Origin: a virus
Lineage: Duplodnaviria; Caudoviricetes
Reading direction: 5' to 3' (one strand)
IMG/VR virus record: IMGVR_UViG_3300020074_000024
Location: 1 to 55,094 of that record
DNA: 55,094 bases
The position numbers and the translations under genes were made by a program. Positions 27,261 through 36,546 of this stretch are shown here, piece by piece; within the stretch, counting starts at the first letter, position 1, and every line of letters begins with the position of its first letter. The notes beneath the pieces were generated by a model. The model did no database searches. It had not been told where the DNA came from and saw only the letters and a program-made list of their open reading frames with translations.

Positions 27261-28253
27261 TTACCTCCCTAAGTTGCGATATAGCTCCCAGCGCGCCCGC
27301 AGGCCCGCTCGGAACCACGTCCATTCCCTCCGGACATACTCCGCCGCCATGCGGCCTCTAGCGAGAACCTCATCGCGATTTTTGTATGCCCATACCATTT
27401 GCTCCATAAGCACGGATTCGTCCCAGCCAACGGGCAGCGCCGTCATACAGTCGGCGTTCAGATATTCCTGGACTCCGCTGTAGTCCGTTACCAGGGCCGT
27501 TCCTCCCGTGCTCATAAACTCCAGAGGGATAAGACCAAAGCCCTCACCAACGTGAGGATATATCAGTATGTCCGCAAGCTGCATAAGCTGCACGTACTCG
27601 TCCTGCGGCATAGTGCCAAAATGAAAATAAACGTCGGGGGCGCGGATATTCTTGATGCACCCCTGCTGTAGCTTGACCAGAAGGCGGGCGTCCCCAAGCT
27701 CACCTTTTCGCTTCAGGGTCATGAATGCCTTCAGTGTTGCCATCTGCCCCTTGCGCCCGTGCAATGCGTGACCGAGTGTCAGGAAGGTGAACGGGCAGTC
27801 AGCCCTGCGCTCCAGGTACGGGAACTTCTCCGCGTCAACCCCGTATCCACTGACCATAATGGGCCGCTCGACTCCCCACTGCTCAAAAAGCAGCTTGCAC
27901 CACTGGGAGGGCGTCCAAATCAAGCCAAAACGATTTAGAACGTCCACCCAGCCCTCAGGCTCCGCCTCAGATTCAAACATCGTGTGGATAATTGCATCCT
28001 CGTAAACCCCGCCTTTGCCCAGCATCCAGGAGCGAGGCCAGCCGAAGTACAACCGATAGTCGTACTCGAATGATGTCTCGGCTACCCACTCTATCCCTCC
28101 CGCCGCGTCCAGCGCGTCGAAGATGCTCTCCTTGACCCGTCCGTATCCGATTTGCGCTCCTGCGGCCCTTGCTTGCGGTAGTACGCGAACCAGAGGAGCG
28201 TCAATCCAAGGAGGGCGGCCTCCAGGCAGAGTAAAAGCGTCATTCCCCAGCAT
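27261..28253 (-). CDS. Glycosyltransferase, GT-B/GT4
   Basis: RKG, ADILIYPHVGEGFGLIPLEFMSTG (E-x7-E) motif. Confidence 0.88.
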   Translation of the reverse strand: MLGNDAFTLPGGRPPWIDAPLVRVLPQARAAGAQIGYGRVKESIFDALDAAGGIEWVAETSFEYDYRLYFGWPRSWMLGKGGVYEDAIIHTMFESEAEPEGWVDVLNRFGLIWTPSQWCKLLFEQWGVERPIMVSGYGVDAEKFPYLERRADCPFTFLTLGHALHGRKGQMATLKAFMTLKRKGELGDARLLVKLQQGCIKNIRAPDVYFHFGTMPQDEYVQLMQLADILIYPHVGEGFGLIPLEFMSTGGTALVTDYSGVQEYLNADCMTALPVGWDESVLMEQMVWAYKNRDEVLARGRMAAEYVRREWTWFRAGLRARWELYRNLGR

Positions 28254-28260
28254 ATGTACC

Positions 28261-28974
28261 TCAGCGACACAGTGTCCATGCGCCAACCGCAGCCGCATAT
28301 CGCGCATTGTTTGTTGTCGCATACAGCGCGCCTTTGACCTCGTCCTCTGCCGCGTTGCGCCACCACCGCCCGTCCCAGCGAAACAAGCGCTCGTTTACAA
28401 TCTGCAACTTGGCCTCCTCTGCCATCTTGCGGAACTCGGAGACGCCAAACTGATGCCAGCCAGCAAAGTCAGTGGAGAATCCGACGGGAACAGTCAGAAC
28501 AATAATCCCCGCGTCGGATAGTGACCCGCGCAACGCCCGTAGCGCGGAGTGAAAATTATCGCCAACCTGCTCACAATGCTCGAATGTGGACACGCAGAGG
28601 ATAAAATCAAAGTGCCCCCAGGGCATGTCCGAGATAAGGCATTGCATCACCTCGTCATAAACGTCGCTCTGTGGCATCTCCTTCACGTCAATCGCAGACC
28701 ACGCAACGTGCCGGGTGCGCCATACATGCCGCAGCTTGGGGGCCTCGGCGTTCTCCGCCGCCCCGACGTCCAGACAATGGACGGGTATCAGCCCAGAGTG
28801 GTTGTCCAGGTAAGCCCTCAAGGCACCCTCCGCATAGACCATCTCGACCTGACGCTCATCGTGACCGCCCTGGCAATACGCAACGCACGGCGGAACGCCA
28901 AATACCAGGAAGGCCCCGTCGCCAAGCGCCCCGACCCGCAGGTTGCTGGACAGGTTTCTGTGCGACTCTCTCAT
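28261..28974 (-). CDS. Class I SAM-dependent methyltransferase
   Basis: CLDVGA, FDFILCVSTFEH, L...GIIVLTVP. Confidence 0.8.
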   Translation of the reverse strand: MRESHRNLSSNLRVGALGDGAFLVFGVPPCVAYCQGGHDERQVEMVYAEGALRAYLDNHSGLIPVHCLDVGAAENAEAPKLRHVWRTRHVAWSAIDVKEMPQSDVYDEVMQCLISDMPWGHFDFILCVSTFEHCEQVGDNFHSALRALRGSLSDAGIIVLTVPVGFSTDFAGWHQFGVSEFRKMAEEAKLQIVNERLFRWDGRWWRNAAEDEVKGALYATTNNARYAAAVGAWTLCR

Positions 28975-29606
28975 ACTACCTCCAAGACGAATGAGCTGTG
29001 CCGCCAAATCTCCGTCAGTTGTTGCCCGTGTCCTAACCTGCCGAGGTTGGACAAGTAGTACGGCTCAAGGGCATGTCTGCGGAACCCGTTCGCCTCAAAC
29101 AATCGCTGCCAAGAGTCCTTGTCCATGATGGTGACGTGGTCATCCGCGTGCTTCCCCACGACGTTCTTGTCAACCCCAGGGATAAATGTCTGGATGATTG
29201 CCGCCATACGCATGGACGTGCGAATGTTAGCCAAAGCCGCAGGCAAATCTTCCATGTCTATGTGCTCCAGAACGTCAACGCACATCACGATGTCAGCCTG
29301 CTCATCAATTACGTCCGTGACCACGTCGAGCCGGTGGATGGGCAGCAGGGCCGTTTTGACCGCGTATTCGGAAAAATCACACCCCCAAACCTCCCACCCC
29401 TTTTGCTTCAGCCACCACAAGGTAAATCCTCGCCCACAGCCGATGTCCATGATGCTGCTGGCCCCTATGGTCGGACCAAAGGACAAGGTGATTGCGCGAG
29501 CAAGCCTCTCCCAGGGCGCGCAGCCCATGTCATACGTGCCGGGATATCCCTTCAAAGGGTTGGTGTCGTAGTATTCCTCGTCGTAGTATTCGCTAGGCTT
29601 CGCCAC
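28971..29606 (-). CDS. Class I SAM-dependent methyltransferase
   Basis: IMDIGCGRG, GCDFS, DIVMCVDVLEHI. Confidence 0.9.
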   Translation of the reverse strand: MAKPSEYYDEEYYDTNPLKGYPGTYDMGCAPWERLARAITLSFGPTIGASSIMDIGCGRGFTLWWLKQKGWEVWGCDFSEYAVKTALLPIHRLDVVTDVIDEQADIVMCVDVLEHIDMEDLPAALANIRTSMRMAAIIQTFIPGVDKNVVGKHADDHVTIMDKDSWQRLFEANGFRRHALEPYYLSNLGRLGHGQQLTEIWRHSSFVLEVV

Positions 29607-30177
29607 GTCTCTCCCTCATGACCAAAATCTCTGTGGCCACAAAAACGGTCTGCAATGAATGAAAAATTACCTCCATGCCACGTTCCTCCCAGAGTCGCAG
29701 CCAATCGCCAGGCTGGATAAGATGCGCGGGTTCTTTGTCGGGAACGCCAGGTGTGGCCTGGCAGACATATCCCCCTGGACGGAGAACCCTCTGAATCTGC
29801 CGCAACGCCGCAGGCAAGTCATAGACATGCTCCATTGTGTGAATCGAGATGACGCAATTTACACTGGCCTCCGGCATGACCTTGTCAAGCAGCTCGACGG
29901 GGCAGCACATCACCCCGTCCCCGCACAACTCAGGCAGCAGCTCGATTGCGTAAAGCTCGCTCGCCCCGGCGCTGCGTAGGAAGGGAAGGTACTTGCCGTC
30001 AGACGCCCCCAACTCCAGCATGGGGGTACGCATCTCCTTCGGGACATGGTGTAGCATTATGGAATACACGGTGCGTGCCGCCTGTTCCACGGCAAACCTC
30101 GCGGGCCCCAGTTTCCTGAGCCACTCATCCATGTCAATTCTGTGCTTGCGGTTCAATCGTAGCGCCGCTTGCATCAT
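29593..30177 (-). CDS. Class I SAM-dependent methyltransferase
   Basis: MLELGASDG, HTMEHV, RVLRPGG; start 30177 by ATGA overlap. Confidence 0.85.
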   Translation of the reverse strand: MMQAALRLNRKHRIDMDEWLRKLGPARFAVEQAARTVYSIMLHHVPKEMRTPMLELGASDGKYLPFLRSAGASELYAIELLPELCGDGVMCCPVELLDKVMPEASVNCVISIHTMEHVYDLPAALRQIQRVLRPGGYVCQATPGVPDKEPAHLIQPGDWLRLWEERGMEVIFHSLQTVFVATEILVMRERRGEA

Positions 30178-30569
30178 GCCTCCGAGAACACAAACGAGTA
30201 CAGACAGACGAAGCGAGGCCACTTGGTCTCCGGCTCCAGAACGAAGGAGCCTGAGTCCATCACATCTGCCGCATAGAAAAAAGTTGCCCCTATCATAGCG
30301 GAACCCCCTCGCTTCAGCCCGTCGTGAAGCGCCCTGGCCACTTCGTATGCCTCCACATTAGACGCGCCATAGCAGTGAAACGTGGCCCTGATGTCCAGTC
30401 GCGGAACCAGAGACACGGCAGGCATCCCATCCACAACAAGAACAACGCACTTGCGCGGCATGGCCGCAACCTCCTGGGTGGGGAGTTGCAGGCCAAACAC
30501 CCGCGTGCCCACCTGTGCCCCCATGAATGATAAAAGGTGCGTTCTGATGACTGCCACCGGGTCAATCAA
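30174..30569 (-). CDS. tail terminator/completion protein
   Basis: TTG 30569 with GGAGG RBS; size and position after the gp10-like gene. Confidence 0.6.
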   Translation of the reverse strand: MIDPVAVIRTHLLSFMGAQVGTRVFGLQLPTQEVAAMPRKCVVLVVDGMPAVSLVPRLDIRATFHCYGASNVEAYEVARALHDGLKRGGSAMIGATFFYAADVMDSGSFVLEPETKWPRFVCLYSFVFSEA

Positions 30570-30951
30570 GGCGTTCCTCCGACAGGAAGGCGTCCGCGTA
30601 ATTCCAGATTCGCAGCGCGGAAGGCCACAGCCACGGGTAGCGAAAGAAGTTGCCAGCCTTAGAATGCCAGCCGACCTCCAAGAATAATCCATAAGGCGCA
30701 GCGTTCGTATTCCCAATTGCAGAGTTGAGCACAGCCCCACGCCAGCGCATCTGTTCCAGCCATACGATGTTTACCATCAGCCAGCCGGTGTCAATGTGCT
30801 TGTGCGGATGCGGCCCAGGCCCGACCCCAGGTGTTACATAGTGCTGGGCAGTCTGTATAATCGCGTCCCCCATGCGCCCAACGACCCTCTCGGCCAATTC
30901 CATCAAAGGAACCTTCAAGCGCGCGGGGTACAGCTTGTACGTCACCTTCAT
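30562..30951 (-). CDS. HK97 gp10-like neck/tail completion protein
   Basis: DTG.L..., APYGLFLEVG...YPWLWPS motif. Confidence 0.75.
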   Translation of the reverse strand: MKVTYKLYPARLKVPLMELAERVVGRMGDAIIQTAQHYVTPGVGPGPHPHKHIDTGWLMVNIVWLEQMRWRGAVLNSAIGNTNAAPYGLFLEVGWHSKAGNFFRYPWLWPSALRIWNYADAFLSEERLD

Positions 30952-31316
30952 GTGCCCGCCTCCCCAACTCGCTCCAAGCTAAGCTCAAGGTGGTGACGAT
31001 TGTGCCTGTCGGAAAAATCTTTGACCTCCGCCACGTTGAACGGGCCTGGCTCAAATACCGTGCCGTTGGAGTACGTTATGTTATAGATTCTATCCTCATG
31101 CCGAACGTCCTGCGCCCTTGGCACAAACAGCTTGTAGCGCCTGACGCTAGCCACCGGAATGGAAAAGCGCTCGGTCTGGTCGTGCCAGTTGAGCCTGCAC
31201 CTGACCCCTGTAGCCAGGTCATCCCAAGTCACGACGGGCTGCCCGTGCGAGTCCGTGCCCGTCTCCGTGTAGCGTCTCACTGTGCATCTGTGAATCAGCA
31301 GAGAGTTGTAGCTCAT
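30948..31316 (-). CDS. head-closure/stopper protein
   Basis: D.HGQP...W....CR, D..DRI, HHLEL pattern; position. Confidence 0.7.
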   Translation of the reverse strand: MSYNSLLIHRCTVRRYTETGTDSHGQPVVTWDDLATGVRCRLNWHDQTERFSIPVASVRRYKLFVPRAQDVRHEDRIYNITYSNGTVFEPGPFNVAEVKDFSDRHNRHHLELSLERVGEAGT

Positions 31317-32479
31317 AGCACCACCTTGACGAAGTACGGCCCAAGTCCAGACAACGCCATGTGCCAGGCGTCCGCCGCTTTGCCTTTGGTGTATGAGTAG
31401 TCCCCCATGCGCTCGGACTGATATGTCCCGTCCAGCATTCCCTCAATCTCGTACTGCGCCAACAAGACCAGGGCGTTGATGAACGCAGCAGGGCATAGGC
31501 CAAACCAGCGAGGGATATACGTCACGCATACGTTGCACGGCGCGTAGCAAGACCAATATCCAGCCTGGAAGCAGTGACCAACGCAACCCATCCGTACCAG
31601 CCAGGAGTCTTTGATGTAGTAGTCCGACCCAGCAGACAAGGCCCTGCCATCCTCGATGACCGACACAGTGGTGCGGATGGTCATAGAGGTAAACAGGCAA
31701 TGCTCGTTGTTGCCGCTGAAGCACTCAGTCCACTGGCCGTACTGGAGCGCATGTCGTATCCCAAATACGTTTCCATGCGACAGCCGGAGGTTAGCCGATG
31801 GCTGCTCATACGGGATGACCTCCAGCAACTCTGCCGTGAACCCGATAGCTGCCGCGTTAATTGCGTCCACAAGCTGCCCCGTCTGAGGGTATTCCGTGAA
31901 TGAAAAAGTGTGGTCTCCAGCATGAAGTCCGCCAACCAGGGTCAGGACAAGCGCGTCCGCCGTGACCTCAAATGTCGCATCGTCGGCAGACATATCGTGC
32001 GCCAAGCGGAAGGCCCGCCCAAACGTATGCCCAAGTCTAGAATATAGCTTCCCGGCGATGCGGTCAATGACGCCCTGGATGACAGACGCGCTGTATTCCC
32101 CTGTGTCAATCTGCGCCTGAAGCTCCTCCACAGTCAAGCATTCCCCTGTAGCAGGAGAAGTTGGACTGTATGTCGTTGCCGCCGGGATGACCTCGAAAAC
32201 GTGCCAGGCGTTCGACTCGACCCCCGCAACCGTAGCCTCGACGAGCACCTGGTACATCCCAGGCGCCAACGGGGCTGTGTCAATCACCGCGTACCAGGCG
32301 CCGGTCTCAGTATTGAACTGGTTGAACACAAGGGCCGTCCCTGCCCCAGGAGCGCCAGTCATTCTCTGGTAATACCCACCACAGAAGGTAGGGTCAAACT
32401 CCTGCCCCGTCAGGGGATGGGTGGCAATCGCGGGAACCCAAACAACTCGCCCCTGTGAGTACGCCCCAAGATAAGACAT
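31313..32479 (-). CDS. head-tail adaptor with extra domains
   Basis: C-terminal SERMGDYSYT...L.PY adaptor signature. Confidence 0.7.
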   Translation of the reverse strand: MSYLGAYSQGRVVWVPAIATHPLTGQEFDPTFCGGYYQRMTGAPGAGTALVFNQFNTETGAWYAVIDTAPLAPGMYQVLVEATVAGVESNAWHVFEVIPAATTYSPTSPATGECLTVEELQAQIDTGEYSASVIQGVIDRIAGKLYSRLGHTFGRAFRLAHDMSADDATFEVTADALVLTLVGGLHAGDHTFSFTEYPQTGQLVDAINAAAIGFTAELLEVIPYEQPSANLRLSHGNVFGIRHALQYGQWTECFSGNNEHCLFTSMTIRTTVSVIEDGRALSAGSDYYIKDSWLVRMGCVGHCFQAGYWSCYAPCNVCVTYIPRWFGLCPAAFINALVLLAQYEIEGMLDGTYQSERMGDYSYTKGKAADAWHMALSGLGPYFVKVVL

Positions 32480-32486
32480 TGGCCTC

Positions 32487-32981
32487 CTATTCCAGCGGCT
32501 TAGATGCGCCCATGTACTGCTCTGGGTCGTCTAAGTCTGCTTGAACGGCGTCAATCTGGCCACTGATGCCTGTGAGGGAGTGCCCGCCCGGTCCCTGTAT
32601 GTCATTTACGATATTGAGCTCCGCAATAGCCAGCGCCGCCGCCGTAGCCAGACCGCTCTGAATTGCCGCCACGGTCGGGTCCTGCAAGTCACTTGTCAGT
32701 TTCGTGTCTGCCGTCTCCTGCCAGACCGTGCCGCCGGTGGCCACGCCGTCAACTGTGGCGGCAATGCGCAACGAGACAAGCTGCCCCGCTGTTAGTGCAG
32801 GCAGCGTCACCGACCAGGAGTAGACGCCCGTGGCGATGTTGGTAATCGTCACCGCAGCCGCATTGTTCGCACCCGCCACGATGAGTGTACCTGTTGGCAA
32901 TGCATCCGCATTCACCAGCGCGCCGGTTGCGGATATGACTTCGAATTGGTCAGCTACAAGTTGGCCCGTCTTGACTGCCAT
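32487..32981 (-). CDS. putative virion structural protein
   Basis: Ig-like beta-rich Ala/Thr/Gly composition within the head module. Confidence 0.55.
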   Translation of the reverse strand: MAVKTGQLVADQFEVISATGALVNADALPTGTLIVAGANNAAAVTITNIATGVYSWSVTLPALTAGQLVSLRIAATVDGVATGGTVWQETADTKLTSDLQDPTVAAIQSGLATAAALAIAELNIVNDIQGPGGHSLTGISGQIDAVQADLDDPEQYMGASKPLE

Positions 32982-32984
32982 GCG

Positions 32985-35384
32985 CTAGCCTCCGATACTC
33001 GCCCGACGCGGTAGGATATGCGGCGCTCCGCCTGCCCCGCCCGACGACACTACCATAAACCAGTACAGATACTCCGTCCCCGTCCCGCCCGCGTTACCGC
33101 CAATACCCTGTACCCGCAGACGCAGCTCCCGGTCATATACTGGCGTGTACGTAGCCGTCAGCGTCTGCCAGTTCGTGTTGCTCGCCATCTGCGCCGAGAC
33201 GTTCAGCGCCTCCGCTGCGTCTTGCCACGGCTCGTTCGGGTCATAGATGCCAATAGTCGGGCGTGCCGTCCACAACGACACGCCCGTGAGCTTGCCGTAG
33301 AATGTCACTGTCACCGGCTTGCCCGCCAGTGCCCGAATCGGTAGCTCGACCCAGTTCCATCTGTCGTTATCCTCGAACAGCATCTCGTGGATGAGCGCTG
33401 GCGGCGTGACCGGCGGTGTGCCGTGCATTGGCGCTGAGTACGCCGCGCTCTTGCAGTATCCGCCCAGTGTCCAGAATCCCAATGCTCCGCTCGTCCCTCC
33501 CAGATCCACAACACAGACAGATGTATAGCGATTCGACGGCACAGCGATGGACGCATGTTTGTAAGAGGCAACTTGCGTGCTACTGTTCAACTGTACAGCC
33601 CAGCCGAGATAGTAGCCGCCTGCGGGAAGTAGGTCACGAGTGTTGTTACTGAACACAGCACCATGCAGATACACCACGCCACCATTGAGGCCGTTACTGC
33701 ACCCGCTTACTACGCCAGACACGGTGTGGCCCGTGCCGTAATAGACGCCGTTGCCACACCCGCTCACTACGCCAGAGATAATGTGGCCTCTGCCGTAGAC
33801 GACGCCGTCGTAACACCCGCTCACTGAGCCAGACACGGTGTGGCCTGTGCCACCGTAGACGCCGTAGTAACACCCGCTCACTGAGCCAGACACGGTATAG
33901 CTTGTGCCATAGATGATGCCGTTACTGCACCCGCTCACTGCGCCAGACACGGTATGGCCCGTGCCACTGCTGATGCCGTCACTGCACCCGCTTACTACGC
34001 CAGAGATGGTATGGCCCGTGCCATAGATGACGCCGTAGAGACACCCGCTCACTACGCCAGAGATGGTGTGACCTGTGCCACCATTGACGCCGTAGTAACA
34101 CCCGCTCACTACGCCAGAGATGGTGTGACCTGTGCCACCATTGACGCCATAGTAGCACCCGCTCACTACGCCAGAGATGGTGTGACCTGTGCCACCATTG
34201 ACACCGTAGAGACACCCGCTCACTACGCCAGAGATGGTGTGACCTGTGCCACCATTGACGCCATAGTAGCACCCGCTCACTACGCCGGAGATAATGTGGC
34301 CTCTGCCGTAGACGACGCCGTTGCCGTAGAATGTCGTTCCAGTCCCAGCAGTGCTTCGTATCTCGCACTGGAACACGCCACCATGAAGCGCGCCTACGCC
34401 ATAATCCACGATATTTTGCCCGGCAGTTGTCGTGCTACAACGGATGCTGATGTTGCGGCTCGACAGCCACACCCGTGCGCCCGGGTACTGTGCACTGTCC
34501 ACGTTCGCGCTCAGCGTCAACGTCCCGGCAGCGATAGCGTTCAACTGCACTCGCTGCTGATCATATATCTCAGGCGCTGCTGCATCTACGAGCACTACAT
34601 AGTCATGCCCGTCCATCGTCGTCCAGCACGGGTCACCGGTAACGTCGTCCAGCACGTTTACCGTGGCCGTGCCCGTGTTGGTGTGTCCGTCGTATAGTTC
34701 TATCGTGCCGGTTCCGGCGCTGGTAATGTCTACCGCCGGGTCACCAGCGAATTGGCTCAGCTTCAAATCCGCCCCAGACGGCGAACGCACATAGTAGACC
34801 GTATCCGCTGCCAGGCCGCCAGGCAGTGTGCCACTGGACCTTACCATAACCCGCGTGTTGGCCGTCCATCCGTGCGCGGCAGTCATGGTGATGACGTCCG
34901 TAGCAGTGTTTATGCTGGACACTGTTTTGAGTGTGTTGTAGACGCGGGCGCTCGTGTATATCGGCTGCGTGCAGTACAGAGCGATGTCCAGATACAGCGC
35001 GTTGATGTACGCAGTGGTGACCAGATCAATGATGGCTTTGCGCCCGAACGGCAACGCCCCGCTGTTGCCCCACGCGCCGTCAGAGTTGGCTAACAGACGA
35101 CCGAAGACAGTGTGGGCCGTGCCTCGCAGCTGCGTACCTGTCTTGATCTTTAGATGATACGTACCATCCACATCGTACTTGAAAACCAGCATTCCCGGCG
35201 TGCCCGCAGCAATACCAGTAATCGTCACTCCCGCCATGCCGTTGGCGAACGCACTCTGGTCAACATCGAAGACAACCGTGTGTCCAGCAGCAATAATGAC
35301 AGTGTCGTTGTCAACCGGAATACCAGAGTCCCAAGTCGCCGGGTTGCTCCAGTTGCCAGACGCTACGCTCGTTATGGTCGCCAC
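32985..35384 (-). CDS. G8-like N-terminus plus parallel beta-helix repeat protein (fibre/decoration-like)
   Basis: SGNWS.PATW..G.P...D.VII..GHTV.FD N-terminus; 19-aa repeats. Confidence 0.75.
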   Translation of the reverse strand: MATITSVASGNWSNPATWDSGIPVDNDTVIIAAGHTVVFDVDQSAFANGMAGVTITGIAAGTPGMLVFKYDVDGTYHLKIKTGTQLRGTAHTVFGRLLANSDGAWGNSGALPFGRKAIIDLVTTAYINALYLDIALYCTQPIYTSARVYNTLKTVSSINTATDVITMTAAHGWTANTRVMVRSSGTLPGGLAADTVYYVRSPSGADLKLSQFAGDPAVDITSAGTGTIELYDGHTNTGTATVNVLDDVTGDPCWTTMDGHDYVVLVDAAAPEIYDQQRVQLNAIAAGTLTLSANVDSAQYPGARVWLSSRNISIRCSTTTAGQNIVDYGVGALHGGVFQCEIRSTAGTGTTFYGNGVVYGRGHIISGVVSGCYYGVNGGTGHTISGVVSGCLYGVNGGTGHTISGVVSGCYYGVNGGTGHTISGVVSGCYYGVNGGTGHTISGVVSGCLYGVIYGTGHTISGVVSGCSDGISSGTGHTVSGAVSGCSNGIIYGTSYTVSGSVSGCYYGVYGGTGHTVSGSVSGCYDGVVYGRGHIISGVVSGCGNGVYYGTGHTVSGVVSGCSNGLNGGVVYLHGAVFSNNTRDLLPAGGYYLGWAVQLNSSTQVASYKHASIAVPSNRYTSVCVVDLGGTSGALGFWTLGGYCKSAAYSAPMHGTPPVTPPALIHEMLFEDNDRWNWVELPIRALAGKPVTVTFYGKLTGVSLWTARPTIGIYDPNEPWQDAAEALNVSAQMASNTNWQTLTATYTPVYDRELRLRVQGIGGNAGGTGTEYLYWFMVVSSGGAGGAPHILPRRASIGG
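33676..34323. repeat. 11 tandem 57-bp repeats (19 aa, GVNGGTGHTISGVVSGCYY)
   Basis: cacccgct recurs at 33700, 33757 ... 34270 with an exact 57-nt period. Confidence 0.92.
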
Positions 35385-35596
35385 TGCCGCATCCTCTCTG
35401 CCAAGCCTATTAGCCTCGCGAAGGTCGGCGCGACGGCCAATACATCCTGCCGTACACCCTCAGGCGACTGTGACCACTGCGCCAGCACGGCGGCGATGCC
35501 CGGCTCGGCCATGTAATCGTTGATTGTGTCAACAGCGGAGGCAATCTGCTTGAGCTTCCCCGGCGTCAGTTTCAGACTCAACTTGACTTTCTTCAC
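35372..35596 (-). CDS. hypothetical protein
   Basis: GTG 35596 overlapping the upstream stop (GTGA). Confidence 0.6.
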   Translation of the reverse strand: MKKVKLSLKLTPGKLKQIASAVDTINDYMAEPGIAAVLAQWSQSPEGVRQDVLAVAPTFARLIGLAERMRQWRP

Positions 35597-35781
35597 TCGC
35601 CCTCGATCGCATACTCTACCCGTTCTGGCAAGCTGGCAACCCACGCGGCGATCGCTGCCTGTACATCGGTGGGTTTAGTTGCAAAGTGCACGGTCTGACA
35701 GTCGCCGTTAGCCAGCACGCGCACATCGTAGCCGTCGCTCACGGTATGTTGCGACAGTACACGGAACTCAATCGCGCTCAT
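35593..35781 (-). CDS. hypothetical protein
   Basis: 62-aa coupled ORF. Confidence 0.65.
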   Translation of the reverse strand: MSAIEFRVLSQHTVSDGYDVRVLANGDCQTVHFATKPTDVQAAIAAWVASLPERVEYAIEGE

Positions 35782-35864
35782 CTCTGTATAATCTCCGCGA
35801 TGAACCGTATCAGCAACTGCGATAATAGAAACACAATGATCCCAACGCTTATTATCTCTAACAT
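35778..35864 (-). CDS. 28-aa single-TM peptide
   Basis: MLEIISVGIIVFLLSQLLIRFIAEIIQR; stop overlaps the next ATG; below track cutoff. Confidence 0.5.
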   Translation of the reverse strand: MLEIISVGIIVFLLSQLLIRFIAEIIQR

Positions 35865-35883
35865 GCGTTCGTCACCCCTCTCC

Positions 35884-36192
35884 TCACAGCTTATCCCGCA
35901 CAATTCCAGCCACCGCGCTCACTGCGAGCCACAGCATCACCAGCTCAGCAAAGCGCCCGGCCAACACGACAAACAAGCCGACGTAAAGAGCCGTGCACCA
36001 ATGGCAATCCAGCGTCTTGGCGACCCTGTTTGTGGCTATTGTGATCATCTCCCGTCTGCCGTCCACCGCCACCCACTTGCGCTGCAATCCGCACAATTTG
36101 CGAATCCTGTAGCCTATCTCCAGCGGGCCAGTCTCCTCGGTCAGGAGTTTCGTCAACCGGAATGTAGCCAAGGCGTATATCAGCAGAATCAC
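35884..36192 (-). CDS. DUF1360-like membrane protein
   Basis: LATFRLTKLL.EE.GP...R...LDCHWCTALY; GTGA overlap. Confidence 0.7.
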   Translation of the reverse strand: MILLIYALATFRLTKLLTEETGPLEIGYRIRKLCGLQRKWVAVDGRREMITIATNRVAKTLDCHWCTALYVGLFVVLAGRFAELVMLWLAVSAVAGIVRDKL

Positions 36193-36524
36193 TCGGCCTC
36201 CTTCAGGGACGGTGCGATGGGCGGCTGAGCGTGGTTCAGCGCGTTTTGTGTTATCGGCATATCTACCGGCTCCGTCGGTTGCTGCTGCTCCAGGGTCATG
36301 TCCCCCAATCCAAGCAGCCAAGACGCGTCGCGGGCGTCAGCCGCAAACACCGCCCTGTTGGGATGTGAAGATATTTGGTACTGCTTCTTGGACACAGGCC
36401 CCACCACCGTAAATGTGCCCGTGCGGTTCCCTGTGTAGCGCAGGATGACCAGGCCCTCTTGCATTGTGATAGCCGCCTTCTGTCCCACCTCACGGGCAGG
36501 ACGTGATTTCTTGCATCAGCCCAT
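36189..36524 (-). CDS. small head-module protein; candidate selenoprotein (M-G-UGA-C-K-K...)
   Basis: ATG 36524 is in frame with track ORF 36189..36488, interrupted only by TGA at codon 3 (36516-36518); the CDS is likely real, the Sec start is hypothetical. Confidence 0.55.
36482..36502 (-). other. Candidate bacterial SECIS-like hairpin
   Basis: GUCCUGCC-CGUGA-GGUGGGAC, 8-bp stem (2 G-U pairs) starting 13 nt after the UGA. Confidence 0.45.
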
Positions 36525-36528
36525 TGTT

Positions 36529-36546
36529 TCTAATTCCAAAATTAGA
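36529..36546. promoter_or_regulatory. Palindromic site TCTAAT-N6-ATTAGA
   Basis: TCTAAT TCCAAA ATTAGA overlapping the GT stop, 4 nt from ATG 36524. Confidence 0.7.

Noticed and set aside
28261-30177. Methyltransferases as DNA methylases of a restriction-modification system
   Set aside because: They lack DPPY/NPPY or PCQ motifs, resemble small-molecule/sugar methyltransferases beside a glycosyltransferase, and no nuclease partner is present
33676-34323. Regular repeats as a possible CRISPR array or DGR template/variable repeat
   Set aside because: Contiguous in-frame 57-bp coding repeats without unique spacers; no cas or reverse transcriptase gene in the window
36516-36518. Genome-wide TGA reassignment (code 4/25) as the explanation for the in-frame TGA
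   Set aside because: TGA terminates many genes with tight ATGA/GTGA overlaps, and standard-code ORFs are full length
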